Positions 7,723 through 16,267 of a stretch of DNA of 64,000 nucleotides are shown here, piece after piece. The DNA comes from Candidatus Rifleibacteriota bacterium. Lineage in GTDB: Bacteria; Muiribacteriota; Ozemobacteria; Ozemobacterales; Ozemobacteraceae. The stretch lies in assembly GCA_028689875.1 (NCBI GenBank), contig JAQVCG010000001.1, positions 3,557 through 67,556 on the forward strand, given 5' to 3'. The notes beneath the pieces are model-generated. The model did not search any database. It saw only the letters and a list, made by a program, of their open reading frames with translations, and was not told the DNA's origin. Numbering within the stretch: the stretch's first letter is position 1; each line of letters begins with the position of its first letter. Both the position numbers and the translations under genes were made by a program.

Positions 7723-10585
7723 ATAAGTCTTTATCAAATTGCTTATCGAGTTCTTTAAGCCATGCCAAAAATGCTTCTGCTTCAGTTCCTATTAGGTTAG
7801 ACAACTCATAGGAATCTCTGCCTGAATAGTTTTTAAGAGCAAAATCTGTAAGTGTGTGTATCATGCCTTCAGATCTGAATAGAGTAAGCATTCGCAAATA
7901 TTCGTTTCTCGCCCTTATTGTTCGCAGTTTGATTTCTTCGGGCGTTTGTTTCTTTTTCCAAATTCTTTCGCCTATTGATGGCTTATTCAGCAACAGCAAC
8001 CTGAGACATGTCTTACCTCGCGGTGCTTTTCCCCAAATATAAAGAATATCGAGCATAGAAGTAACAACTTCTGTTCTGTCTTCTGAACTAAGACGCGGCA
8101 AAAGCTCAATAAGGTCTCTTTTTCGCAGAGTAAATCTTTGAGAGAACTTAGCACCGCCTTCGATGAATCCTGCGACCACGTCAGACCAAAATTTGGCCTG
8201 CACAATGCTGGGGACTCCGACCATATTGCCAAAGGGCGCAAATAAGGTTGCAACCGGCCAAGAAAGAATAGATCTGAAGAAGTTTACTTTGATAACTTTT
8301 TTATCAAAGTCTCTTAATCTGTTGTGCAAAGCAATATAAGTGCCATTTGCCAAACACAAACAGAAGAATTTTACACCTTCAAATACCACACCTGTAGTTT
8401 TTCCTGTCCAGAAAATATCAAAGTAATACTTTACCAAGCCCATTATAGGCACGCTCAGGCCTGTCCAGAACAGCGATTGGTAAGCATTATCAAAGTTGAC
8501 ATTTTTCATGGTCCAGCGCTTAAAATCAGTGCCTGCAGAAGCAATAAGGTCTACCAAGACATTTCTGGCAAAAGTTATAACAAACCATATAGTTGCGAAC
8601 AAAAAGCCTACTGCAAGCTCACGCTCAAATTGATACAATGCCATCCAATATAGGGCAACGGCAAAGCCCGAAGTGAGTCTAAGCAAGTTTTTTATGTTTG
8701 AATTTAGGTATCTCCAGAATCTTTCGAAACTTATTGTTTCGATTTTTCTTTCATCGCCAACCTTATTTGTTATGGGCTCTTGTTGAGTGCCTAAACAAAC
8801 TATCGTTTCAGAATCATCTTCTTCATCTTGAACATCTTTTGTATACTTACCCTTATTGAGTATTAGAGAGCTAATCGGCCTTGGTAAAGTAACATGTTTT
8901 GCCATAACTTCTTTCTTTATGGCATTCGAAATTTTAGATGATCTTATAAAGCCCATTCCCGGAATGAGTGAATTTCTGCCCGTAGAATCGCTTCCACAAT
9001 TTGGAACAATCGGTTTTTCAAAAGCAATTTTACACGCATAAGCAACCCTTTTGGGGTTAATATCAGTTATATTATGCTGCTCAAGAAAAGTTTTCATATC
9101 GTTCAGCGGGCGATTATTGAGATTATAAACAAATTTATTGAAAACGATTGCATCATTTGGGTTTCTTGCTGAGCAATCTCTTAAATTCATTGTTTCGACA
9201 TTTGTTATATAATCAATATTGTCTATAACGCACTTAATTGCCTTTTTAACACCCAATTCAAGCGGATTTATAAGAACTATTTTTCCCGGCAAGCCCTTAA
9301 GCATGCCAAAAACCTGCGATTCTTCGTCGAATGAGCTATCATAATCAACTGCGCTTCTTGGCGCCAAATACTTAGCAGCTAAATCGCTTCTGTTCAAACT
9401 TTCATAAGTATTTCTGCATTCTTGGTATCTTGCCCTTATTGCGTCAAGTTCCCAACGGCTGAATATTCCTCGCTTAAAACGACTTTCTGCAGACATTGTC
9501 TGTGTTTTAAAATATAAAACGCGTTTATAAAACACTGACTTAAATCGCGAAAACAACAGTTCGGCCAAATGCTCTCGCGAGGGCTGCCCACAAGCCACGA
9601 TTTTATCTAATTCTTCTACCTTAAGCGGCAAAAACCAGCATGGCCCATCGGGCGAAAAGCTTTCGTTGAGCTTTGGAAGATGAATATCATTGAATTGTTT
9701 AACAATAGAAACAATACTTTGGCATCTGCTAGCAACATTTTTCTTGAGGCCTTCTCTGAAGTCTGCTAATTGCGCATCGTTGTCTTTTAAAAATGCAAAA
9801 AAGTCTTTGCTTTTGGCGAAAACAGGCGGCACATACATATAGTGCCTTCTTTCGCCCCCGACGCCAACACTGAATTCTATGCCAATTTCAACGGCGATTC
9901 CCATAATTTCGCCGGCAGTAATTGCTTCAGAAATAATTCTTGATTCTTCGATGTTGTTATACACCAAAGTAATACACGAAAGCCCTCTAATAAAGGCATC
10001 AACCAAGATCTGGCTAGGAGCTTTCCTTCCGTCTGAGAGCGAATCGTGCAGATGGTCGTCCCACCCCAGCCCAAGTTGTTTAAGCGGCTTGTCTTCTTCA
10101 GGAACTTCGATTAAACCGTTCTTTTTTAAAAAACTTCTGATTACAACTTCGTTCCCAAAAGACACCCTGCCAAAATCGGCCACAAATTCCATTTGGCGCC
10201 TTCTGTTTCCATAAGCGTTAACCGCTTCTTTCATCATAAATATCTGCATTCTCGCAGTATTTATTGGCATCGTCACGTTTTTTGCATGCAACGATTGCTC
10301 CACAAGAATGCGCAAAGCATCTAACCGCGCCTCATACAGCTCGGGAGCTTGCGATTTAGCAATAATAATATATGCTTCAGCAATGCTTACACGGCGCTTT
10401 CCAAATTCTCTTCTAAAGCCGCCCGGATGAGAAGGCCGCCGCAAAATAGGTTTTATGATCGGCTCTTCATATGTTTGATTAAGTCGATCTACGATGGCTC
10501 CAATTTCGTCGTCAAAGCTCACCCAATCGATAAAATCATTTAAAACAGCAGTAAGCCTGCTTTGTATAGTCAGAGTCTTATTCAT
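7721..10585 (-). CDS. Large uncharacterised membrane protein: ~630-aa soluble N-domain, 5-6 hydrophobic helices, ~140-aa soluble C-domain
   Basis: 954-aa uninterrupted ORF. Hydrophobic helices FAVALYWMALYQF, VGFLFATIWFVITFA, LFWTGLSVPIMGLV, FFCLCLANGTYIAL and ILSWPVATLFAPF (about nt 8140..8683). I recognise no catalytic or nucleotide-binding motif. Confidence 0.8.
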   Translation of the reverse strand: MNKTLTIQSRLTAVLNDFIDWVSFDDEIGAIVDRLNQTYEEPIIKPILRRPSHPGGFRREFGKRRVSIAEAYIIIAKSQAPELYEARLDALRILVEQSLHAKNVTMPINTARMQIFMMKEAVNAYGNRRRQMEFVADFGRVSFGNEVVIRSFLKKNGLIEVPEEDKPLKQLGLGWDDHLHDSLSDGRKAPSQILVDAFIRGLSCITLVYNNIEESRIISEAITAGEIMGIAVEIGIEFSVGVGGERRHYMYVPPVFAKSKDFFAFLKDNDAQLADFREGLKKNVASRCQSIVSIVKQFNDIHLPKLNESFSPDGPCWFLPLKVEELDKIVACGQPSREHLAELLFSRFKSVFYKRVLYFKTQTMSAESRFKRGIFSRWELDAIRARYQECRNTYESLNRSDLAAKYLAPRSAVDYDSSFDEESQVFGMLKGLPGKIVLINPLELGVKKAIKCVIDNIDYITNVETMNLRDCSARNPNDAIVFNKFVYNLNNRPLNDMKTFLEQHNITDINPKRVAYACKIAFEKPIVPNCGSDSTGRNSLIPGMGFIRSSKISNAIKKEVMAKHVTLPRPISSLILNKGKYTKDVQDEEDDSETIVCLGTQQEPITNKVGDERKIETISFERFWRYLNSNIKNLLRLTSGFAVALYWMALYQFERELAVGFLFATIWFVITFARNVLVDLIASAGTDFKRWTMKNVNFDNAYQSLFWTGLSVPIMGLVKYYFDIFWTGKTTGVVFEGVKFFCLCLANGTYIALHNRLRDFDKKVIKVNFFRSILSWPVATLFAPFGNMVGVPSIVQAKFWSDVVAGFIEGGAKFSQRFTLRKRDLIELLPRLSSEDRTEVVTSMLDILYIWGKAPRGKTCLRLLLLNKPSIGERIWKKKQTPEEIKLRTIRARNEYLRMLTLFRSEGMIHTLTDFALKNYSGRDSYELSNLIGTEAEAFLAWLKELDKQFDKDL

Positions 10586-10684
10586 TTCCTACCCACCAAT
10601 TTTATATCCGATTAGTATAACCGCTAACCTTCTGCGATGCAACCTGTATATAAAAAATCAAACATGATTTTTACTTTTGCTGTC

Positions 10685-10713
10685 TTGTACTTTTAAACAA
10701 TAATGTGTTAAAC
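10685..10713 (+). promoter_or_regulatory. Candidate sigma-70-type promoter of the heme operon (possibly giving a leaderless mRNA)
   Basis: TTGTAC (10685..10690), 17-nt spacer ending in TG, TTAAAC (10708..10713). The sirC ATG at 10721 is 7 nt downstream and has no SD. Confidence 0.3.
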
Positions 10714-10720
10714 TCTGCTA

Positions 10721-11329
10721 ATGACTCATAAACCTTTTTTCATTGATTTGCGCGCAAAACGTATTTTAATTCTGGGGGGCGGGGAAATAGCCATTCGCAA
10801 GCTTGGCGCCTTTTCCGGGTCCGGTGCCCTTATTACGCTTATTGCGCCAAAAATAAATGCAAAATTGCCCGAATTAGCAGAAAAAATCGAAAGATACGCT
10901 GCTGTCGACGACATTACAAAAGCTTTCTTTATGGTTATTATAGCAACAAACGATAAAGCCTTTAACGAAGCAGCATCAAAAAGATGTGAAGATGAAGGAA
11001 TTTTGTATAACCGCTGCGATGACGGCCTTAGCGGTAATGTGGTTATTCCAAAGCTAAAGCAGTGCGGCATCATAAATGCAGCAGTTTACTCAGAAGGCGT
11101 TCCCGCCGTTTCTAAGTATGTTTATGAGAATCTTGATTCTGTGATAACACCTGAGCTTGCCGCTTTAGCAGGGTTATTAAAAGATCTTCGCGCAGAATTG
11201 AAATCAAATTCATCCTCTACTTGCAAAAATAAAGAAATTATTGCAGGATTATTGAATAAAGAAAATCTTGAGAGGATAAAAAGAGGCGAGCTCGACTCGC
11301 TGAAACAGGAAGTCATGTCATGTCACTAA
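10721..11329 (+). CDS. sirC: Precorrin-2 dehydrogenase / sirohydrochlorin ferrochelatase (SirC/Met8/CysG N-domain type)
   Basis: 202 aa. N-terminal FFIDLRAKRILILGGGEIAIRKL Rossmann motif typical of siroheme synthase N-domains. First gene of the tetrapyrrole operon. Confidence 0.8.
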   Translation: MTHKPFFIDLRAKRILILGGGEIAIRKLGAFSGSGALITLIAPKINAKLPELAEKIERYAAVDDITKAFFMVIIATNDKAFNEAASKRCEDEGILYNRCDDGLSGNVVIPKLKQCGIINAAVYSEGVPAVSKYVYENLDSVITPELAALAGLLKDLRAELKSNSSSTCKNKEIIAGLLNKENLERIKRGELDSLKQEVMSCH

Positions 11330-12621
11330 TTGTGTTTGGTCTTAATCACAAATCAGCTCCTGTATCAATCAGAGAAAAACTGGCTCACTTGAATGATTTC
11401 TCTTTACCCGGAGTTAACGGGGTTGATCTCGAAGCCATACCCATAAGTACCTGCAACCGTGTCGAAATATATTATTCCGGCAGCATCACAGAAGCAGGCA
11501 AAAGCTTTACCGAATTATTAACACAAAAGCATCTTGATTATTCGACTTTAAAACACTATTTTTACGAAATGGCAAACGAAGAAGCTGTCAGGCATTTATT
11601 CAACGTAGCCGGCGGCATAGATTCCATGGTATTAGGTGAGAATCAAATTCTTCATCAAATTAAAGAATCATATAAAAGCGCGATAGAAAACGGCCAAGTC
11701 GGCAGAGGACTTCACAATCTTTTTCAAAAATCTTTAGAAGTCGGCAAAAAAGTACGAAGCAGAACGGCCATCTCAGAAAATCGCGTATCTATAGCCTCAG
11801 CAGCGGTTGATTTGGCAAGAAGCATTTTTAAAGACCTGTCACCTCTAAAAGCTCTTATTATCGGCGCAGGCGAGATGGCTAACCTTGTAGCAGTTCATAT
11901 GCGCGAAAACGGCGTAGAAGAAATGAATTTTATTAATCGCACCAAATGCCGCGCACTCGAGTTATCAGAAAAATTTGACGGCAACGCATGCGCTTTTGAG
12001 CAATTAAACGAGCTATTAAGCACCTGTGACATTGTAATTTCATCCACTTCGGCTCCTCACCAGATTATTGAACAGCCGAGAATTACTGAAGTGATGAACA
12101 GACGCAGCCATAAGCCCTTATTTATGATAGATATTGCGGTGCCTCGCGATATTGAGTCATCTTGCAGAGAAGTTAAAAACGTATTTTTATATGACGTAGA
12201 TGACTTGCGCAACGTCATTAGCGAGAGTTTATCTCAAAGAAAAAGCGAAGCAATTAAAGCAGAAAAAATCATTGAAGAAGAAACCATGCTGTATATGGAC
12301 AGCTTGCGCATATGTAAATACGCCCCCAGAATTAAGAGCTTAAGCGAACAAGCCAATACAATGCGCAAAAAAGAGCTTATAAAATTTTTCAATGAACACC
12401 CTGAGATAACAGACGATATCAAAGAGCTGTTTGACCAATATAGTTATTCTTTGATGGCAAAATGGCTGCACACACAAATAGAATCAATAAAGAAGCAGGG
12501 GTATGCTGATGAAGCGGATCTCAATTGTTTTAATGAGATTATAGGACTTTCACCCCAAGCCATAAAAGCTTTTAAATCGAGAGCATTAAGGAACGAGAGA
12601 GAGGAACGCAAAATAGCATGA
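11320..12621 (+). CDS. hemA: Glutamyl-tRNA reductase
   Basis: 433 aa. GLNHKSAPVSIREKL, STCNRVEIY (active-site Cys) and NAD-binding IGAGEMANLVAVH. Overlaps sirC by 10 nt. Confidence 0.95.
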   Translation: MSLIVFGLNHKSAPVSIREKLAHLNDFSLPGVNGVDLEAIPISTCNRVEIYYSGSITEAGKSFTELLTQKHLDYSTLKHYFYEMANEEAVRHLFNVAGGIDSMVLGENQILHQIKESYKSAIENGQVGRGLHNLFQKSLEVGKKVRSRTAISENRVSIASAAVDLARSIFKDLSPLKALIIGAGEMANLVAVHMRENGVEEMNFINRTKCRALELSEKFDGNACAFEQLNELLSTCDIVISSTSAPHQIIEQPRITEVMNRRSHKPLFMIDIAVPRDIESSCREVKNVFLYDVDDLRNVISESLSQRKSEAIKAEKIIEEETMLYMDSLRICKYAPRIKSLSEQANTMRKKELIKFFNEHPEITDDIKELFDQYSYSLMAKWLHTQIESIKKQGYADEADLNCFNEIIGLSPQAIKAFKSRALRNEREERKIA

Positions 12622-13538
12622 GGATTAAATACGGAACGAGAGGAAGCAAGCTGGCTGTATTGCAGACGCGACAAACAATTGAAATACTAAAAAAAACGCA
12701 GCCTGAAGTTGAATTTGAAGAGCATATAATTAAAACACTCGGAGACAAAGTAACTGACATGCCCCTTTTTAAAGTTGGGGGGCAAGGTTTGTTCATAAAA
12801 GAAATAGAGTCAGAATTACTTGAAAAGCGCATTGACATAGCTGTCCACAGCTTAAAAGATATGCCTCACGAGATGAGCGAAGGGTTGTGTATATTAGCAG
12901 TTGGACACGAAGAAGACCCAAGAGACTGCCTAATATCGTTAAAGTATTCTTCATATAAAGAAATTCCGGCGGGTTCTCTGATTGGCACTTCAAGCCTGCG
13001 CAGACGCGCACAGCTCTCATTGTTGCGAGAAGATTTGCGTTTCAGCGACTACCGCGGCAACTTAGACACTCGTCTAAAAAAGCTTGAAGACGGCGAAGCA
13101 GATGCAATTGTTATTGCTGCGGCGGGATTAAAGCGCATGCAATTAGAAAATAAAGTTCGAGAATACTTTAGCGTTAATGAGATTATTCCTCCTGCGGGAC
13201 AAGGCTTGATTGCTATACAATGCCGTATTGAGGACAAAGAACGCTTTTTTCCCTTAATAAAAGACTTTGCCAGCAAAACCGGCATGATACGCACGCGCAC
13301 TGAGCGCGAATTTTTGCGAATATTGCAAGGCGGTTGCAAAACACCTATGGCAGCGCATGCGCAGGTTTCAGATGACAAAATTATTTTGCAAACATTTTTT
13401 GCCGACGATTCGGGAAAAAACACCATCAAGAACATTCATACCGGAGCAGCTGAAAAACCCGAGGAATTGGGCGAAGAGGCGGCACGAGAAATTTTAGCGG
13501 CGAAAGAAATATTATGCACAAACCGAATGTCTTTTTAG
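12618..13538 (+). CDS. hemC: Hydroxymethylbilane synthase (porphobilinogen deaminase)
   Basis: 306 aa. IKYGTRGSKLAVLQT, HSLKDMP, GTSSLRRRAQL, RGNLDTRLKKL, and QGGCKTPMAAHA with the cofactor Cys. ATGA overlap with hemA. Confidence 0.95.
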   Translation: MRIKYGTRGSKLAVLQTRQTIEILKKTQPEVEFEEHIIKTLGDKVTDMPLFKVGGQGLFIKEIESELLEKRIDIAVHSLKDMPHEMSEGLCILAVGHEEDPRDCLISLKYSSYKEIPAGSLIGTSSLRRRAQLSLLREDLRFSDYRGNLDTRLKKLEDGEADAIVIAAAGLKRMQLENKVREYFSVNEIIPPAGQGLIAIQCRIEDKERFFPLIKDFASKTGMIRTRTEREFLRILQGGCKTPMAAHAQVSDDKIILQTFFADDSGKNTIKNIHTGAAEKPEELGEEAAREILAAKEILCTNRMSF

Positions 13539-15022
13539 TCGGAGCAGGGCCCGGTGACACCGGACTAATCACAGTCAGAGGATTAGAGCTTGTTAAAAGC
13601 GCCGATGTTTTGGTTTACGACCAGCTTGGCGTCAAGGGCTTTTTGGGGCAAGTCAAGCCCGGATGCGAAATGTATGATGTTGGCAAATTTGCGGGCAATC
13701 ATAAAGTTACGCAAGACGACATTAACAAGCTTCTTGTTACCAAGGCTTGCGAAAACGAGGGTAAAAATTTGGTTGTAAGGCTTAAAGGCGGCGACCCCTT
13801 TGTTTTCGGGCGCGGCGGCGAAGAAGCTTTATTCATGCGCGAAAACGGTATTGATTTTGAGATTGTTCCGGGCGTAACATCTGCCATTTCTGCGGCGGCT
13901 TATGCGGGTATTCCGATTACGCAGCGCGGTTACACGGCTTCTTTGGCTATTGTAACCGGTCATGAGGCCGCAAAAGACAGTAGTGACATCGACTGGGCTT
14001 CGTTATCGGGCATTGGAACAATTGTTTTTTTAATGGGAGTTAAAAATCTCAGTCTGATTTGCGAAAATCTGATTAAGGCGGGCAAGAGCGCTGACACTCC
14101 AATGGCACTGGTTCAAAGCGGAACTATGCCTAACCAGAGAACAGTTACAGGTACATTAGCAACCATGCCGGAGATAGCTTTAAAGCACGATATTCAGCCA
14201 CCTGCGATATCTATTGTTGGCGATGTAGTGCGTTTAAGAGACAAACTCAAATGGTTTGAAAATCGCCCATTGTTTGGCAAAAAAATAGTTGTAACAAGGT
14301 CTAGAACACAAGCGAGCAGCCTTGTAAAAGAGCTTAGCGAACTGGGCGCCGAAGTCATTGAATGCCCCACTATTTCAATAGTTCAGCACGAAGACTCGCA
14401 AGAGTTTTTGTCTTTCATTTCTGAGCACAAAAAATACGGTTATATTATTTTCACTTCTGTAAATGGCGTCACAGGCTTTTTTGAACAGGCAACAAGATGC
14501 GGGTTTGATTCAAGAATTTTTGCAGACAAAAAGGTTATATGCATAGGACCGGCTACAGCAGAAGCTTTGAGAAACATAGGCATAATAGCTGATTTTGTGC
14601 CCGAATCTTATGTCGCGGAATCAATAATTCCATATTTTGAAAACAGCTTAAAAGCCGATATAGCTATATTAAGGGCTGAAAAAGCGCGCGAGATTTTGCC
14701 AGAATCTTTGCGTAAGTTGGGACATAATGTTAAGATTGTTTCAATTTATCGCACAGAGCTTATCAGGCCAGAACCCACCGAAGATATGTCAGATTTATTA
14801 AGGAATGGGCAAATTGATTTTGTTACTTTTACAAGCTCTTCTACCGTTGAAGGTTTTTCAGAAATGATAAAGGGACATAATATCGAAAATGATAAAGTGC
14901 CGGCAGCGGTTATAGGGCCTATTACAGAAGCCACTTGCAATAAATACGGTTATAACATTAAATGCAGAGCGGCAGAATACACAATAAAAGGGCTGATAGA
15001 TGCCATAACAAAGGAATTTTAG
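13514..15022 (+). CDS. cobA-hemD: Fusion of uroporphyrinogen-III C-methyltransferase and uroporphyrinogen-III synthase
   Basis: 502 aa. The N-terminal half has SUMT motifs VGAGPGDTGLITVRG and RLKGGDPFVFGRGGEE. The C-terminal ~250 aa (KKIVVTRSR...FTSVNGV...FTSSSTVEGF) is HemD-like. Confidence 0.9.
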   Translation: MHKPNVFLVGAGPGDTGLITVRGLELVKSADVLVYDQLGVKGFLGQVKPGCEMYDVGKFAGNHKVTQDDINKLLVTKACENEGKNLVVRLKGGDPFVFGRGGEEALFMRENGIDFEIVPGVTSAISAAAYAGIPITQRGYTASLAIVTGHEAAKDSSDIDWASLSGIGTIVFLMGVKNLSLICENLIKAGKSADTPMALVQSGTMPNQRTVTGTLATMPEIALKHDIQPPAISIVGDVVRLRDKLKWFENRPLFGKKIVVTRSRTQASSLVKELSELGAEVIECPTISIVQHEDSQEFLSFISEHKKYGYIIFTSVNGVTGFFEQATRCGFDSRIFADKKVICIGPATAEALRNIGIIADFVPESYVAESIIPYFENSLKADIAILRAEKAREILPESLRKLGHNVKIVSIYRTELIRPEPTEDMSDLLRNGQIDFVTFTSSSTVEGFSEMIKGHNIENDKVPAAVIGPITEATCNKYGYNIKCRAAEYTIKGLIDAITKEF

Positions 15023-15024
15023 AG

Positions 15025-16209
15025 ATGATAAATATAAGCAGAATTTATGCAAATCACTCAACAACAGGAGATCCGCTCAGATACGGGAAGGCGCACGAAG
15101 GCGACGTGGCACATTCCCATCATTTTAAGGGGCATGAAACGGCAAAAACAGCAGCTGAACGAAGGCCTGTGGTAGTTTGGAACATATCAAAGCGATGTAA
15201 TTTGAAATGTATTCACTGCTATACAAATTCTGATTGCAATGTTGCCGAAAACGAATTGTCTTTTGAAGAAGGCAAAGTTTTAATAGATGACCTTGCAGAA
15301 TTTAATATACCCGCTTTGCTTTTTAGCGGCGGCGAGCCCCTAATGAGACCTGATGTTTTCGAGCTTGCGGCTTACGCTGTCAGCAAAGGGATAAGACCGG
15401 TTTTAAGCACCAACGGAACTTTGATAACAAAAGAAGTTGCCCGAAAAATCAAAGATACCGGCTTTATATACGCGGGCATCTCACTTGACGGAGTAAAAGA
15501 AACCAACGACCTGTTCAGAGGCGTCAATGGAGCCTTCGAGTTGGCAATGGCCGGCTTCAGAAACTGCCGCGAAGTTGAACAAAGAGTTGGGCTGAGACTT
15601 ACTTTAACAAGACAAAATTTATTGGATTTGAATAAAATTTTCGACTTTTTAATTGAAGAAAAGATTCCCAGGGCCTGTTTTTATCATTTGGTGTATTCGG
15701 GAAGAGGCAAATCAGCAGACGACCTGAGTCACGAAGAAACAGCTCAGGCACTTGATATAATCTGTTCAAGAACAAAAAGTGCCATCGAATCAGGTATCGA
15801 CTTAGATATTTTAACCGTAGATAATCACGTCGACGGTGTATATATATACAAAAAGCTGTTAAAAGAAGACCCGCAAAGAGCTGAAAAGATGCGCGAACTG
15901 CTTGAATGGAATGGCGGCGGGGCAAATTCCAGTGGAGTGGGAATCGGAAACATAGACTGGGAAGGCAATGTGCATCCTGACCAATTCTGGCAAGATCTAA
16001 CTTTAGGTAACGTAAGAAATCGTCGTTTCTCAGAAATTTGGCAAGACACTTCTAACCAATTGATGGCAGGATTAAAAGACAGACTGCCTCTTTTAAAAGG
16101 GAAATGTAAAGAATGCCCCTATATAAAGATGTGCGGAGGTTCGCTTAGAGTAAGGGCATTCAGAGTGACTGACGACCCGTGGCAGACAGACCCTGCATGT
16201 TATATATAA
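15025..16209 (+). CDS. Radical SAM/SPASM enzyme of the NirJ/AhbC/AhbD family (alternative heme biosynthesis)
   Basis: CNLKCIHCY radical SAM cluster motif and a C-terminal Cys-rich CKECPYIKMCGG auxiliary-cluster region. Start moved from the track's 14962 to ATG 15025 (AAGGAA SD at 15011..15016, 2 nt after the cobA-hemD stop). I cannot tell by eye whether it is AhbC or AhbD. Confidence 0.8.
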   Translation: MINISRIYANHSTTGDPLRYGKAHEGDVAHSHHFKGHETAKTAAERRPVVVWNISKRCNLKCIHCYTNSDCNVAENELSFEEGKVLIDDLAEFNIPALLFSGGEPLMRPDVFELAAYAVSKGIRPVLSTNGTLITKEVARKIKDTGFIYAGISLDGVKETNDLFRGVNGAFELAMAGFRNCREVEQRVGLRLTLTRQNLLDLNKIFDFLIEEKIPRACFYHLVYSGRGKSADDLSHEETAQALDIICSRTKSAIESGIDLDILTVDNHVDGVYIYKKLLKEDPQRAEKMRELLEWNGGGANSSGVGIGNIDWEGNVHPDQFWQDLTLGNVRNRRFSEIWQDTSNQLMAGLKDRLPLLKGKCKECPYIKMCGGSLRVRAFRVTDDPWQTDPACYI

Positions 16210-16267
16210 TCTTTTAGTTTGATTTTAGAGATATTGTTGGTAAAATTGCCTTATAAATCTATAATTT

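Noticed and set aside
14962-15024. Track start of the radical SAM gene, 63 nt inside cobA-hemD.
   Set aside because: The extension (MQSGRIHNKRADRCHNKGILE) has no homology logic. ATG 15025 has an AAGGAA SD and sits 2 nt after the upstream stop.
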